A stretch of 64,000 nt of DNA from an uncultured Thermoleophilaceae bacterium. GTDB lineage: Bacteria; Actinomycetota; Thermoleophilia; Solirubrobacterales; JACPNS01. Location of the stretch: contig CAYVWQ010000002.1 in the NCBI GenBank assembly GCA_964455545.1, positions 138,596-202,595 on the forward strand, written 5' to 3'. Within the stretch, counting starts at the first letter, position 1. Every line of letters begins with the position of its first letter. The notes under the pieces are model-generated. The model was not told the origin of the DNA. It ran no database searches and saw only the letters and a program-made list of their open reading frames with translations. A program made the translations under genes and the position numbers. Shown piece by piece: positions 18,737-27,189 of this stretch.

Positions 18737-18952
18737 GACAAACAATCACTTGGCTCGGACGGAAACTCTTGGGAGGAACCGCCAGACCCGCCGAGAATCC
18801 CATCTGGTTCTCAACACATTTTAGGCCGTAAGCCCGCTCTGGGAGCCGGTTTCAGCCTGCAAAAGACGCTATTTGCGGGGGGCGGAGCCGAACCGGAAAA
18901 CTCGCGATTTGCGAAGTCCCACGCGCCAAAATCGACCAATTTCCGGCTCAAG

Positions 18953-19107
18953 CCGCTCCTCCTCGCGAAATCCTGAGGAGCAACCGCTACTCCTCACGAA
19001 ATCCCTAAGAGCAACCGCTCCTCCTCGCGAAATCCTGAGGAGCAACCGCGCCTCCTCCGGAAAACGCGAGGAGCGACGGCTCTTCCTCACGAAATCCTGA
19101 GGAAGCC
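18953..19107. repeat. Five head-to-tail 31-bp tandem repeats, each with an internal CTCCTC/GAGGAG inverted repeat
   Basis: Units start at 18953, 18984, 19015, 19046 and 19077. Units 1 and 3 are identical (CCGCTCCTCCTCGCGAAATCCTGAGGAGCAA). A 31-bp period is not a multiple of 3. The array is intergenic, 50 nt upstream of ATG 19158. Confidence 0.9.
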
Positions 19108-19157
19108 CAGGTTGCGGGGCGGCGGAATGCGGGATCGGGTGGCGAATCACGTTTCTG

Positions 19158-20390
19158 ATGTTCGGCCGCAAGCCCAAACCTGAGAAGACGCCGGAAGAAC
19201 TCGACGCGGAGCGCGTCGAGACGGCCGAGTACGAGGCGCTCGAAAAGGCCGAGCCTTCGCGCTACTGGTTCTGGGTGCTCGTGATCGCGATGCTCGGCCT
19301 GGCCGGGCGGCTCGCGTTCTTCGCCAAGTTCGGCCACGAGATCGCCTACGAGAAGACCGGCGCATTGACGAACACGTTCGCACCCGGCTACGGCCAACTG
19401 ATGCACCTGATCGACAGCGGCAGCAGCAGCGACCCGCGTCTGATCGCCGAAACCCTCTGGGTCCTTCAGTCCGGGATGATCGTCCTCGCGACGCTGATGG
19501 TCTTCGCGCTCGGCCGGCGCGTCATCTTCGGCCCTGCCGAACTCGTCCCGCCGATCCTGCTCAATCTCTCGATCGCCGGCGTCGACCTGGTCGGCGAGGT
19601 GGCGCCGGTCATTCCGGCGATGTTCTTCCTCACGACCGGAGTCTGGTTGGCGACGATGCTGCGCGAGCGTCCGCCGGCGGATCGCTCCACGACCTCGGTC
19701 CTGCTCGCGCTCGGCGCCGGCCTCAGCGTCGGCCTCAGCGTTCTCTTCAGTCCGGCCATCGCGATCGCGGCGGTCTTCATCGCCTGGTGGTCATTCCGCG
19801 GACTCACGCGCGAATTCGCTGTGCTTTTCCTAGTCGCGATCCTGATCCTTCCCGCCAGCTGGTACGCCACTCACCTGACGAACAGCAGCGGCGTCACGGT
19901 CAGCGACGCGACCGACTGGGTCTCCGACAACTCCGTCAAAGACGGCCCCGACGCGCTCGAACACGCCTACGCGGTCGGCACCACCTGGAACCCGCGCTTC
20001 GCCCGCGGCGCGTACGCAAGTACCGACTGGAATTACGAGTGGATCATTCCGAAAGCGACGCGCCAAGACACGAGCTACATCAGCTCAACCCGGATCGCCG
20101 CGGGCATCTTCATGGTCGCCTATGCGCTGCTGGTGATTGCCGGAGTCGCGTCGCTCTTTCTCGAACTCGCCGGTTCCGAAGCGCGTCTTCTGGCGATTCC
20201 GATCGTCACGGTGCCGCTGATCACCTTTCTGACCCAGGAGGGAAATGCGCTGCGCATCCTGATCCTGCCGTTTCTCGCCATATCCCTCACTTTGGGCGGC
20301 ATCCTGGCTACCGAAGCGCTACGCAGCGGAAAATCCGCCGGTCGGCCCGACATGGACAAAGATTCGAATTTTCGGCCAACTGGCCAGTAA
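19158..20390 (+). CDS. Polytopic membrane protein (possible GT-C/PMT-like), charged cytoplasmic N-terminus
   Basis: 410-aa ORF with ~10 hydrophobic segments. It begins MFGRKPKPEKTPEELDAERVETAEYEALEK. No family motif was recognised. Confidence 0.6.
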   Translation: MFGRKPKPEKTPEELDAERVETAEYEALEKAEPSRYWFWVLVIAMLGLAGRLAFFAKFGHEIAYEKTGALTNTFAPGYGQLMHLIDSGSSSDPRLIAETLWVLQSGMIVLATLMVFALGRRVIFGPAELVPPILLNLSIAGVDLVGEVAPVIPAMFFLTTGVWLATMLRERPPADRSTTSVLLALGAGLSVGLSVLFSPAIAIAAVFIAWWSFRGLTREFAVLFLVAILILPASWYATHLTNSSGVTVSDATDWVSDNSVKDGPDALEHAYAVGTTWNPRFARGAYASTDWNYEWIIPKATRQDTSYISSTRIAAGIFMVAYALLVIAGVASLFLELAGSEARLLAIPIVTVPLITFLTQEGNALRILILPFLAISLTLGGILATEALRSGKSAGRPDMDKDSNFRPTGQ

Positions 20391-20548
20391 CCGCTAAAGG
20401 CGCCTGCTGACTGATCCGACACCTCAAATGCGTTAGCAATCCGGACGGCTTCGGAGTCTGCCCCGAACACCGTTTCCACGTCTGACGCGAATGGGGTTAC
20501 AAGGCCGAGACTCGAATGTCCCCGATCGTCAACGCCACCCTTCTGAAT

Positions 20549-20576
20549 CGGCGACCGTGCGTCCTCGCGGTCGCCG
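20549..20576. terminator. GC-rich hairpin between convergent genes (putative bidirectional terminator, no clear U-tract)
   Basis: CGGCGACCG tgcgtcctcg CGGTCGCCG, ending 8 nt from the hydrolase stop at 20584. Confidence 0.4.
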
Positions 20577-20583
20577 GTTCCTG

Positions 20584-21459
20584 TTAAGCGGCCAGCCTCA
20601 CGCGTGAGTCGATCCGTTCGACGACTGCGCGGGCGAACTCGTCGGCCTTCTCGAACGGCAGAAACGTCTGCCCGTGCTCCAGAGGGACGAGCTCGCCGTG
20701 CGGCATCGAGGCTGCCAGTCGTGAGCCGTCCTCGAACGTGAAAAAGCGGGTGTCACGCCCCCAGATGATCGTTGTCGGCAGGTCGACCGTGGCCATCGCG
20801 TTCGACGCGGCCTCGAGCTCGTCCGGGTCGGCCGAGGTGACGAAGCGAAATCCGTCGATCAGGATGCGCTTGTCCCGTCTGGCCGGCTCGTACCAGCGGC
20901 GCACCAGTTCGGCGTCCCACGCCGAGCCGAGCAGCGGCGCGAACCCGGCCCAGCGTCCGAGCCTGCTCGCGCTCAGGCGGAAGACCGGCCCGATCAACGG
21001 CCCGAGCTTGTCGACGTGGCGCAGCGCGTTGTATGGGAACGGCGGGAACTTGCGGTAGGTGTCGCAGGGACTGAGGACCAGGTGGCCGATGCGATCGGTC
21101 GACTCGGTCACGAGCATCTGGCAGATTGCGCCGCCGCTGTCGTTACCGACGATCACGACGTCGTCGAGGTCGAGCTTCTCGATCAGTTCGCGGACCGCTC
21201 CGGCGACAGAGCGCGGCGTCAGCTGACGGTCGCGGCCGATCGGCTCGACGTGGGCGCCGAGCGGCAGGTCGGGGGTGATGCAGCGGAAGCCGGCGGCGGA
21301 GATCGTCGGCACCGCCTCGCGCCAGAGCTCGCCGTCGACGAGATAGCCGTGAACGAATACGACGGGGCGGCCTTCGCCGGTCTCGCGGTAACGGATGCGC
21401 CCGAGCGAGAGGTCGATCATCTTCTCGTCACCGCGCTTGTCTGCTTTCGGGTCAGTCAT
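20584..21459 (-). CDS. Alpha/beta hydrolase fold protein
   Basis: Motifs: GRPVVFVHGY and the nucleophile-elbow-like VIVGNDSGGA. Start moved to ATG 21459 (MTDPKADK) so that the intergenic operator lies outside the gene. Confidence 0.8.
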   Translation of the reverse strand: MTDPKADKRGDEKMIDLSLGRIRYRETGEGRPVVFVHGYLVDGELWREAVPTISAAGFRCITPDLPLGAHVEPIGRDRQLTPRSVAGAVRELIEKLDLDDVVIVGNDSGGAICQMLVTESTDRIGHLVLSPCDTYRKFPPFPYNALRHVDKLGPLIGPVFRLSASRLGRWAGFAPLLGSAWDAELVRRWYEPARRDKRILIDGFRFVTSADPDELEAASNAMATVDLPTTIIWGRDTRFFTFEDGSRLAASMPHGELVPLEHGQTFLPFEKADEFARAVVERIDSRVRLAA

Positions 21460-21477
21460 CGGTCCGTCCTCCAAAGA

Positions 21478-21508
21478 GATATACATACATACTGTTGGTA
21501 TGTATATC
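21478..21508. promoter_or_regulatory. Probable TetR operator: 11-bp inverted repeat in the divergent promoter region
   Basis: GATATACATAC atactgttg GTATGTATATC, an AT-rich palindrome between the hydrolase start (21459) and the TetR start (21533). Confidence 0.7.
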
Positions 21509-21532
21509 AGAAACCGCCATACTTTGCCGACG

Positions 21533-22126
21533 ATGTCCGCAACCGTCTCCAACGCCGACCGCACAGCCGCCACGCGCGCTGCGCTCGTCCGGGCCGGTGG
21601 TGAGTTGTTCGGCGAGCGGGGCTACGCGAACGTGTCGATTGAGCAGGTCGTGGTCGCCGCCGGCGTCACGCGCGGCGCGTTGTACCACCACTTCAAGGAC
21701 AAGCGCGAACTGTTTCGGGCGGTCTTCGAGCAGGCCGAGGCCGACGTGATCCCGCGCGTCGTCAAAAAGCTGAGCAAAGTGACCGACCCGTGGGAGGCGG
21801 CGATCACCGGCAGCAAGGTGTTCCTCGACATCTGCCTCGAGCCGGCCTTCCAGCAGATCGCGCTGATCGATGCGCCGGCTGTGCTGGGCGTGGCTGAGCA
21901 GCAGGCCGTCGTCGACGAGCACGGAGGGGCGATGGTCACGGCGATGCTGACCGCGCTGATCGACTCAGGCCAGATCAAGCCTCAGCCAGTCGACGCGCTG
22001 GCGCCGATGCTCTCGGGCGCGCTGATCGCCGGCGCGAGCACGATCGCTCGCGCGGGCAACCAGCGCAAGGCGCGCAAGGAGGTCGGCCAGGTCGTCGAGG
22101 CCTTGCTGACCGGTCTGAAGAATTAG
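21533..22126 (+). CDS. TetR/AcrR family transcriptional regulator
   Basis: HTH region: GYANVSIEQVVVAAGVTRGALYHHFKDKRELF. Start set at ATG 21533. Confidence 0.85.
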   Translation: MSATVSNADRTAATRAALVRAGGELFGERGYANVSIEQVVVAAGVTRGALYHHFKDKRELFRAVFEQAEADVIPRVVKKLSKVTDPWEAAITGSKVFLDICLEPAFQQIALIDAPAVLGVAEQQAVVDEHGGAMVTAMLTALIDSGQIKPQPVDALAPMLSGALIAGASTIARAGNQRKARKEVGQVVEALLTGLKN

Positions 22127-23067
22127 CCGAGCTCGGAGCGGGCCGAATCGAGCGTGGTGCCGAGGCCCTCCGACAGATCGACCTGCGCGCTCCACCCGAG
22201 CACTTCCGATGCGCGCGACACGTCAAGCGCGCTGCGTGGCAACTCGCCAAGGCGAGCCGGCTCGAAGTTGGGCTCGAAGTCGGCCGTCGCGTACGGCTTC
22301 AGCGCCGCGATCAGATCGAGCACCGACGTTTCGCGACCGGTGCCGATGTTGATCGGTCCGTTGAAGTCGGACTCGGCCGCAGCAAGGTTGGCGGCGACGA
22401 CGTCGCCGACGTACACATAGTCACGCGTCTGTGTGCCGTCACCGAACACGGTCGGCTTCTCGCCGCCGAGCAGCTTGCCGCAGAAGATCGCGATCACGCC
22501 GGCTTCGCCGAGCGGGTCCTGGCGCGGACCGTAAACGTTGCCGTAGCGAAGCGCCACCACCGACTGGTCGTAAAGGCGCTCGTTCAGCCACATGTACCCC
22601 TCGGCCGCGTACTTTGCCTGCCCGTACGGTGCTTCCGGCGCCGGCACGAAAGACTCGGGCGTCGGGATCTGGTCGTCCGGCGCCTCGCCATAGATTGCGC
22701 CGCCCGTCGAGCTGAAGACCAGGCGCGGACCGCCGTGCTCGCGGGCGCTCTCCAAGAGGTTGATCGTCCCGCCGACGTTGACCTGCGAGTCGAAGACCGG
22801 GTCAGCGACCGACTTGCGCACGTCGATCTGCGCGCCGAGGTGAAAGATCACCTCGGGCTCGAAGTCGGCGAGCAGTGAATCGACCGCCGCTCGGTCGGTG
22901 ATCGAGGCTTCGACCAGAGTCGCGCCGCCCGCGATCGCGTCGTCGAGGTTCGCGCGACGACCTGTGGCGAGATCGTCGATCACGCGCACCTCGTCCCCGC
23001 GGGCTACGAGCGCGTCGACGACATTCGAACCGATGAATCCGGCACCGCCGGTGACAAGAGATTTCAT
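22123..23067 (-). CDS. NAD-dependent nucleotide-sugar epimerase/dehydratase (SDR family)
   Basis: Motifs: MKSLVTGGAGFIGSNVV and the catalytic YGQAKYAAE. Start at ATG 23067. Confidence 0.85.
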   Translation of the reverse strand: MKSLVTGGAGFIGSNVVDALVARGDEVRVIDDLATGRRANLDDAIAGGATLVEASITDRAAVDSLLADFEPEVIFHLGAQIDVRKSVADPVFDSQVNVGGTINLLESAREHGGPRLVFSSTGGAIYGEAPDDQIPTPESFVPAPEAPYGQAKYAAEGYMWLNERLYDQSVVALRYGNVYGPRQDPLGEAGVIAIFCGKLLGGEKPTVFGDGTQTRDYVYVGDVVAANLAAAESDFNGPINIGTGRETSVLDLIAALKPYATADFEPNFEPARLGELPRSALDVSRASEVLGWSAQVDLSEGLGTTLDSARSELG

Positions 23068-23208
23068 GCGCGTCAGCGTAGGCCAAACGGCCGGTGGAAC
23101 GCTCGCGCATCGATGGATACAACGTTGTACACAGGGACAAACGCTCTTGTACGCAATTGTTACCAATCGGCCTTGCCGAACTGGTTTCTCTCCAGTAACT
23201 TAGTCCGC

Positions 23209-26200
23209 ATGCGACGCGCTCTCGGCGGCCTCGCATGCGCGGGGAAGCCTGCGTACGCGTGCTCAAACAACATTTTCCTCCTCCGCGGACACTCGGCTCG
23301 ACTGGCTCTGGCGATCCTGATCGCGGCTTTCACCACGTGTCTGATCGCAGGGTCGGCCGGTGCCGCCGTCTTCCAGGACAACGGCAGCCGGGACGACTCG
23401 GCGTTCGCCGGATTCGGTCAGGTCTACACGGAAGGGACCGACGGCATCGGCAAGTACGTCTGGGTCGTCGACCACCGCGACGGTGAGGACGTGCTGCGTG
23501 GCTTCGACCAGTCGAACCCGGCGCTGTCGACCCAGACGGGCATCCTCAACGGAAATGAAGACGTCGGTCCGGGACCGATCAGCTCGATCTCCGCGGCGGC
23601 TTTTTCGCCGCTCCACAGCCTTCTTTTTGTCGCCGACGACGGAGACGATCGCCTGATCGCGTATCCGCGCTCGAACACGATGCCGTGGGCGCCGATCGAC
23701 TACATGAACGCGATCGAGATATCGAGCTTCTCGCCGGTGTCGTTCCCGGTCGACAACCCGCGCGGGTTGGCGATCGACCCGCGCGGCTCTGAGAGGGGCT
23801 ACATGTCGTTGACCAACGAGAGCGGTTACCGCGGAATTCTTCAGTTCGCGACTGCGCCGAACGGCTCTTCCTTCTCGTGGATCCGGTTCACGTACATACC
23901 CGGAGCATGGGGCGGCGCAAATGGGCCGGGAGCGATGACGGTCGATCCGTCGAACGGAAACGTCTACGTGGCGATGGACGGCCTGAACCAGATTCAGGGA
24001 TACACCCCGGACATCGACAACGTCGCCGGCACGTTCCACTCGAGTACGTTGGGCGACTACGTCGGCGTCAGCGTCGACCGGCCGGGCAACCGTCTGTTTG
24101 GGGTCAAGACCGATTCGGTGGATGTCTTCGACCTGACGACTGCGAAGCTGCTCGGAACCCTTTGGGACAACGAGTTTGAACAGAACACCGGCTTCGCAGG
24201 GCTGCCGGGCACAACGAACTACTTCCTCGCCAGTGACGAGGCGCCGCACGTGAGAAACCTCGTGACCGGCAGCGCGCCGACCTGCACGCCCGGCCCGGCG
24301 GTCCAGGTCACCTACCAGTCAAGCAAGGAAATCACGCCCGACTGCACCGATCCCGACGGCTCGACGATCAGGCAGTTCTCGATCGTGAGTCCGCCCGCGC
24401 GGGGCACCGCAACGCCGACCAGCGGCGGCCAGTCGATCGGATACACCGCCGGAGCGGAGCAGCTCGGCGCCGACCAGCTGAGCTACACGGTCACCACGCA
24501 GGACGGCATCAGCGCGACGTACACCCAGGACATCGAGATCGTCGAACCGGACACGACGCCGCCGACGGTGACGATCACCTCTCCGAGCGACGGACTGCTG
24601 ACCACGGTCGGCGAGACGACGGTCCACTACACCGTCGCCGACGACCGGGACGAGACACCTGAATGCGACGTCGAGGATGGCGCGACGGCCGGCCTCGAGG
24701 TTGGCGCCACAACGCTCTCAGTGAGTTGCACCGACGACGCCGGCAACACCGGCTCGGATTCCGTGACGGTTTACTTCGACGCTTCGCCGCCGACGGTCGA
24801 GATCACCTGGCCGTGGTTCGACGGATGGGTCGTCAACTGGGACACGGTCGAAATTGAATACAGCGTCAACGATGACGTCGACAACTCCCCCGAGTGCGAC
24901 TACCCGAGCGGCGCCAGCTTCCCGATCGAGCACGGTTCGAACACCTTCACGATCAGCTGCACGGACGACGCCGGTCGGACCGGCACCGACTCGGTGACCC
25001 TGATCGGGGACCAGTCACCGCCGGAGATAACCGTGACTTCGCCGGCTGACGGAGCGGCCGTGACCGCCTCGACGCTTTACGTGGATTACGTCGTTTCCGA
25101 CGATCTCGCGACCGAGCCGTACTGCGCGGTCTACAACGACACCACCTATGACGGAGGCGAAGGCGAAGGTGAGGGACCGCCGACCGACGCTCACGAGGTT
25201 GAGCTGGTCCCTGGACTTAACGAGATCGCGGTCTACTGCAGCGACGACGCCGGCAACTCGTCGGAGGTGCCATTCGACGTCTTCTACGACACTGATGACC
25301 CGACCGTCTCAATCACCGCACCGACCGAAGGCGCACTCGTCACGACGTCGAGCATCCCGGTCGCCTTCACCGCGACCGACGACACCGATACCTCGCCGTC
25401 CTGCAACATCACCAGCGGCCAGTCGGTATCGCTGACGCCCGGTGCCAACACGATCACGGTCACCTGCACCGACGACGCCGGCCGCTCGGGCAGCGCCAGC
25501 GTTCACGTCACCTACGACGCCACCGCGCCGACCGTCTCAATCACCGCACCGACCGAAGGCGCACTCGTCACCACGCCGAGCATCCCGGTCACCTTCACGG
25601 CGACCGACGACACCGACGCCTCGCCCTCCTGCGATCTCACCAGCGGCCAGTCAGTATCGCTGACGCCCGGCGCCAACACGATCACCGTCACCTGCACCGA
25701 CGACGGCGGCCGTTCGGGCAGCGCGAGCGTTCACGTCACCTACGACGCGACGGCGCCGGAGGTGGAGATCACAGCTCCGGCGGACGGCTCGCTGGTCACC
25801 GCGCCGGCGGTCGACCTGACCTTCACCGTTTCCGACGACACCGACTCGGAGCCGACCTGCGACCACGCCGCCTCAAGCACCGCGAACCTCAGCCCCGGCC
25901 CGAACACGATCACCGTGACTTGCACCGACGCGGCCGGCCGGACCGGCAGCGACTCGGTCGACGTCGTCTACGACGCGTCCGCCCCGACGGTCGAGATCAC
26001 TGCACCCACAGACGGCCTGCTCGTCACCGACCCCGAGATCGCGGTCGACTACTCGGTCTCGGACGACGGAGAGGTCGCGCCCGACTGCGACATCGCTCCG
26101 GGATCCCTGGTCACGCTCTCCCCGGGTGAGAACACGATCACGGTCACCTGCACTGACTCGGCCGGCCACGCCGGTTCCGCATCGACTCACGTCACCTACG

Positions 26201-27087
26201 ACGCGGCGCCACCGGACGTGGCGATCACGTCGGTTGAGAACGGCGCGACCGTCTCATCCAACACGGCCGTCATCACCTACGAAGTCAGCGATGACGCCGA
26301 CTCCGCTCCGACCTGCACGCCCGCCAGCGGCACGGTCGTGTCGCTCCAGGAAGGCGCCAACGTCATCACGGTCACCTGCACCGACGCCAGCGGTCGCACG
26401 ACCGCCCGCTCGGTGACGCTCAACTACTCGCCGACGGTGACGACGCTCGCGGCCCCGTTCGTCCGCGAAACGACCAACCTCGTCCCGACCTCCGGCAGCG
26501 TGAAGATCAAGCTCCCCGGCTCCGACGAGTTCATCTCGATCAGCGAGGCCGTCTCGGTCCCGGTCGGGACGATCATCGACGCGCGTGAGGGCACCGCTCA
26601 GATCACGCTCGCAAACGCCGACGGTTCGACCTACACCGCCAAGTTCTGGGACGGCGTTTTCCAGGTCTTCCAGGGCGCGGGCAACGACCCTTACGCGATC
26701 ATCAAGCTTCGCAATGACCTCGCCGGTGGTTCCGCCAGCTCGAGTTCGTACGGCCCGTCTGCCAAGTCCGGATCGACCGACGCCCAGATCGCACGCCGCC
26801 GCAAGCGCAACGGCGTCTGGGGTGACGGCAAGGGCAAATTCCGCACCAGCGGCAGCGGTGGCTCGGCGAGTGTGCGCGGAACGCGCTGGTACGTCGCCGA
26901 CTACACCGACGGCACGCTCTTCAAGGTCGCGCGCGGCGAGGTGCTCGTCCGGCCGACCCACGGCGAGTGCTTCATCCTCAAGGCTGGCCAGCAGAAGTTC
27001 ATCAAGTACAAGCCTTTGACGGCCAAGCAGAAGGCCAGATTGAAGAAGCGCAAGAAGAAGACCACAAAGAAGACTTGTGACCTCTAG
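23209..27087 (+). CDS. Giant secreted protein: beta-propeller (NHL-like) + Ig-like domain + 8 x ~76-aa Cys-pair Ig-like repeats + FecR-like C-terminal module + Lys-rich tail
   Basis: Signal-like region LALAILIAAFTTCLIAGSAGAA. Propeller motifs NPRGLAIDPRG and GNVYVAMDGLNQIQGY. Repeats of the form PTVxITxPxDGxxV..DDxDxxPxC..GxNTITVTCTDxAGxxGS. The C-terminal module is VKIKLPGSDEFISISEAVSVPVGTIIDAREGTAQITL..SASVRGTRWYVADYTDGT. Start ATG 23209 is uncertain. Confidence 0.8.
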   Translation: MRRALGGLACAGKPAYACSNNIFLLRGHSARLALAILIAAFTTCLIAGSAGAAVFQDNGSRDDSAFAGFGQVYTEGTDGIGKYVWVVDHRDGEDVLRGFDQSNPALSTQTGILNGNEDVGPGPISSISAAAFSPLHSLLFVADDGDDRLIAYPRSNTMPWAPIDYMNAIEISSFSPVSFPVDNPRGLAIDPRGSERGYMSLTNESGYRGILQFATAPNGSSFSWIRFTYIPGAWGGANGPGAMTVDPSNGNVYVAMDGLNQIQGYTPDIDNVAGTFHSSTLGDYVGVSVDRPGNRLFGVKTDSVDVFDLTTAKLLGTLWDNEFEQNTGFAGLPGTTNYFLASDEAPHVRNLVTGSAPTCTPGPAVQVTYQSSKEITPDCTDPDGSTIRQFSIVSPPARGTATPTSGGQSIGYTAGAEQLGADQLSYTVTTQDGISATYTQDIEIVEPDTTPPTVTITSPSDGLLTTVGETTVHYTVADDRDETPECDVEDGATAGLEVGATTLSVSCTDDAGNTGSDSVTVYFDASPPTVEITWPWFDGWVVNWDTVEIEYSVNDDVDNSPECDYPSGASFPIEHGSNTFTISCTDDAGRTGTDSVTLIGDQSPPEITVTSPADGAAVTASTLYVDYVVSDDLATEPYCAVYNDTTYDGGEGEGEGPPTDAHEVELVPGLNEIAVYCSDDAGNSSEVPFDVFYDTDDPTVSITAPTEGALVTTSSIPVAFTATDDTDTSPSCNITSGQSVSLTPGANTITVTCTDDAGRSGSASVHVTYDATAPTVSITAPTEGALVTTPSIPVTFTATDDTDASPSCDLTSGQSVSLTPGANTITVTCTDDGGRSGSASVHVTYDATAPEVEITAPADGSLVTAPAVDLTFTVSDDTDSEPTCDHAASSTANLSPGPNTITVTCTDAAGRTGSDSVDVVYDASAPTVEITAPTDGLLVTDPEIAVDYSVSDDGEVAPDCDIAPGSLVTLSPGENTITVTCTDSAGHAGSASTHVTYDAAPPDVAITSVENGATVSSNTAVITYEVSDDADSAPTCTPASGTVVSLQEGANVITVTCTDASGRTTARSVTLNYSPTVTTLAAPFVRETTNLVPTSGSVKIKLPGSDEFISISEAVSVPVGTIIDAREGTAQITLANADGSTYTAKFWDGVFQVFQGAGNDPYAIIKLRNDLAGGSASSSSYGPSAKSGSTDAQIARRRKRNGVWGDGKGKFRTSGSGGSASVRGTRWYVADYTDGTLFKVARGEVLVRPTHGECFILKAGQQKFIKYKPLTAKQKARLKKRKKKTTKKTCDL
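25300..25755 (+). repeat. Two adjacent 228-bp coding repeat units about 90 percent identical at DNA level
   Basis: Units 25300-25527 and 25528-25755 both begin CCGACCGTCTCAATCACCGCACCGACCGAAGGCGCACTCGTCAC. I count roughly 19 mismatches in 228 by eye. Confidence 0.85.
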
Positions 27088-27189
27088 CGCCGGCAGAAAG
27101 CGCTTTGTCCCGCTGGACAAGCTCACATGCGGGATTTGAGGGCGGCGTACAAGCGCCCTTGTATACAGACCCATACCCTTGAGTGCACG

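Noticed and set aside
18953-19107. Considered whether the tandem array is a CRISPR array.
   Set aside because: The units are directly abutting, with no unique spacers between them, and no cas genes are in the window.
18869-19177. 102-aa minus-strand ORF spanning the 31-bp tandem array, considered as a possible repeat protein.
   Set aside because: The 31-bp period is not a multiple of three, so the peptide only recurs every 93 nt. There is no RBS or motif support. I treat it as non-coding.
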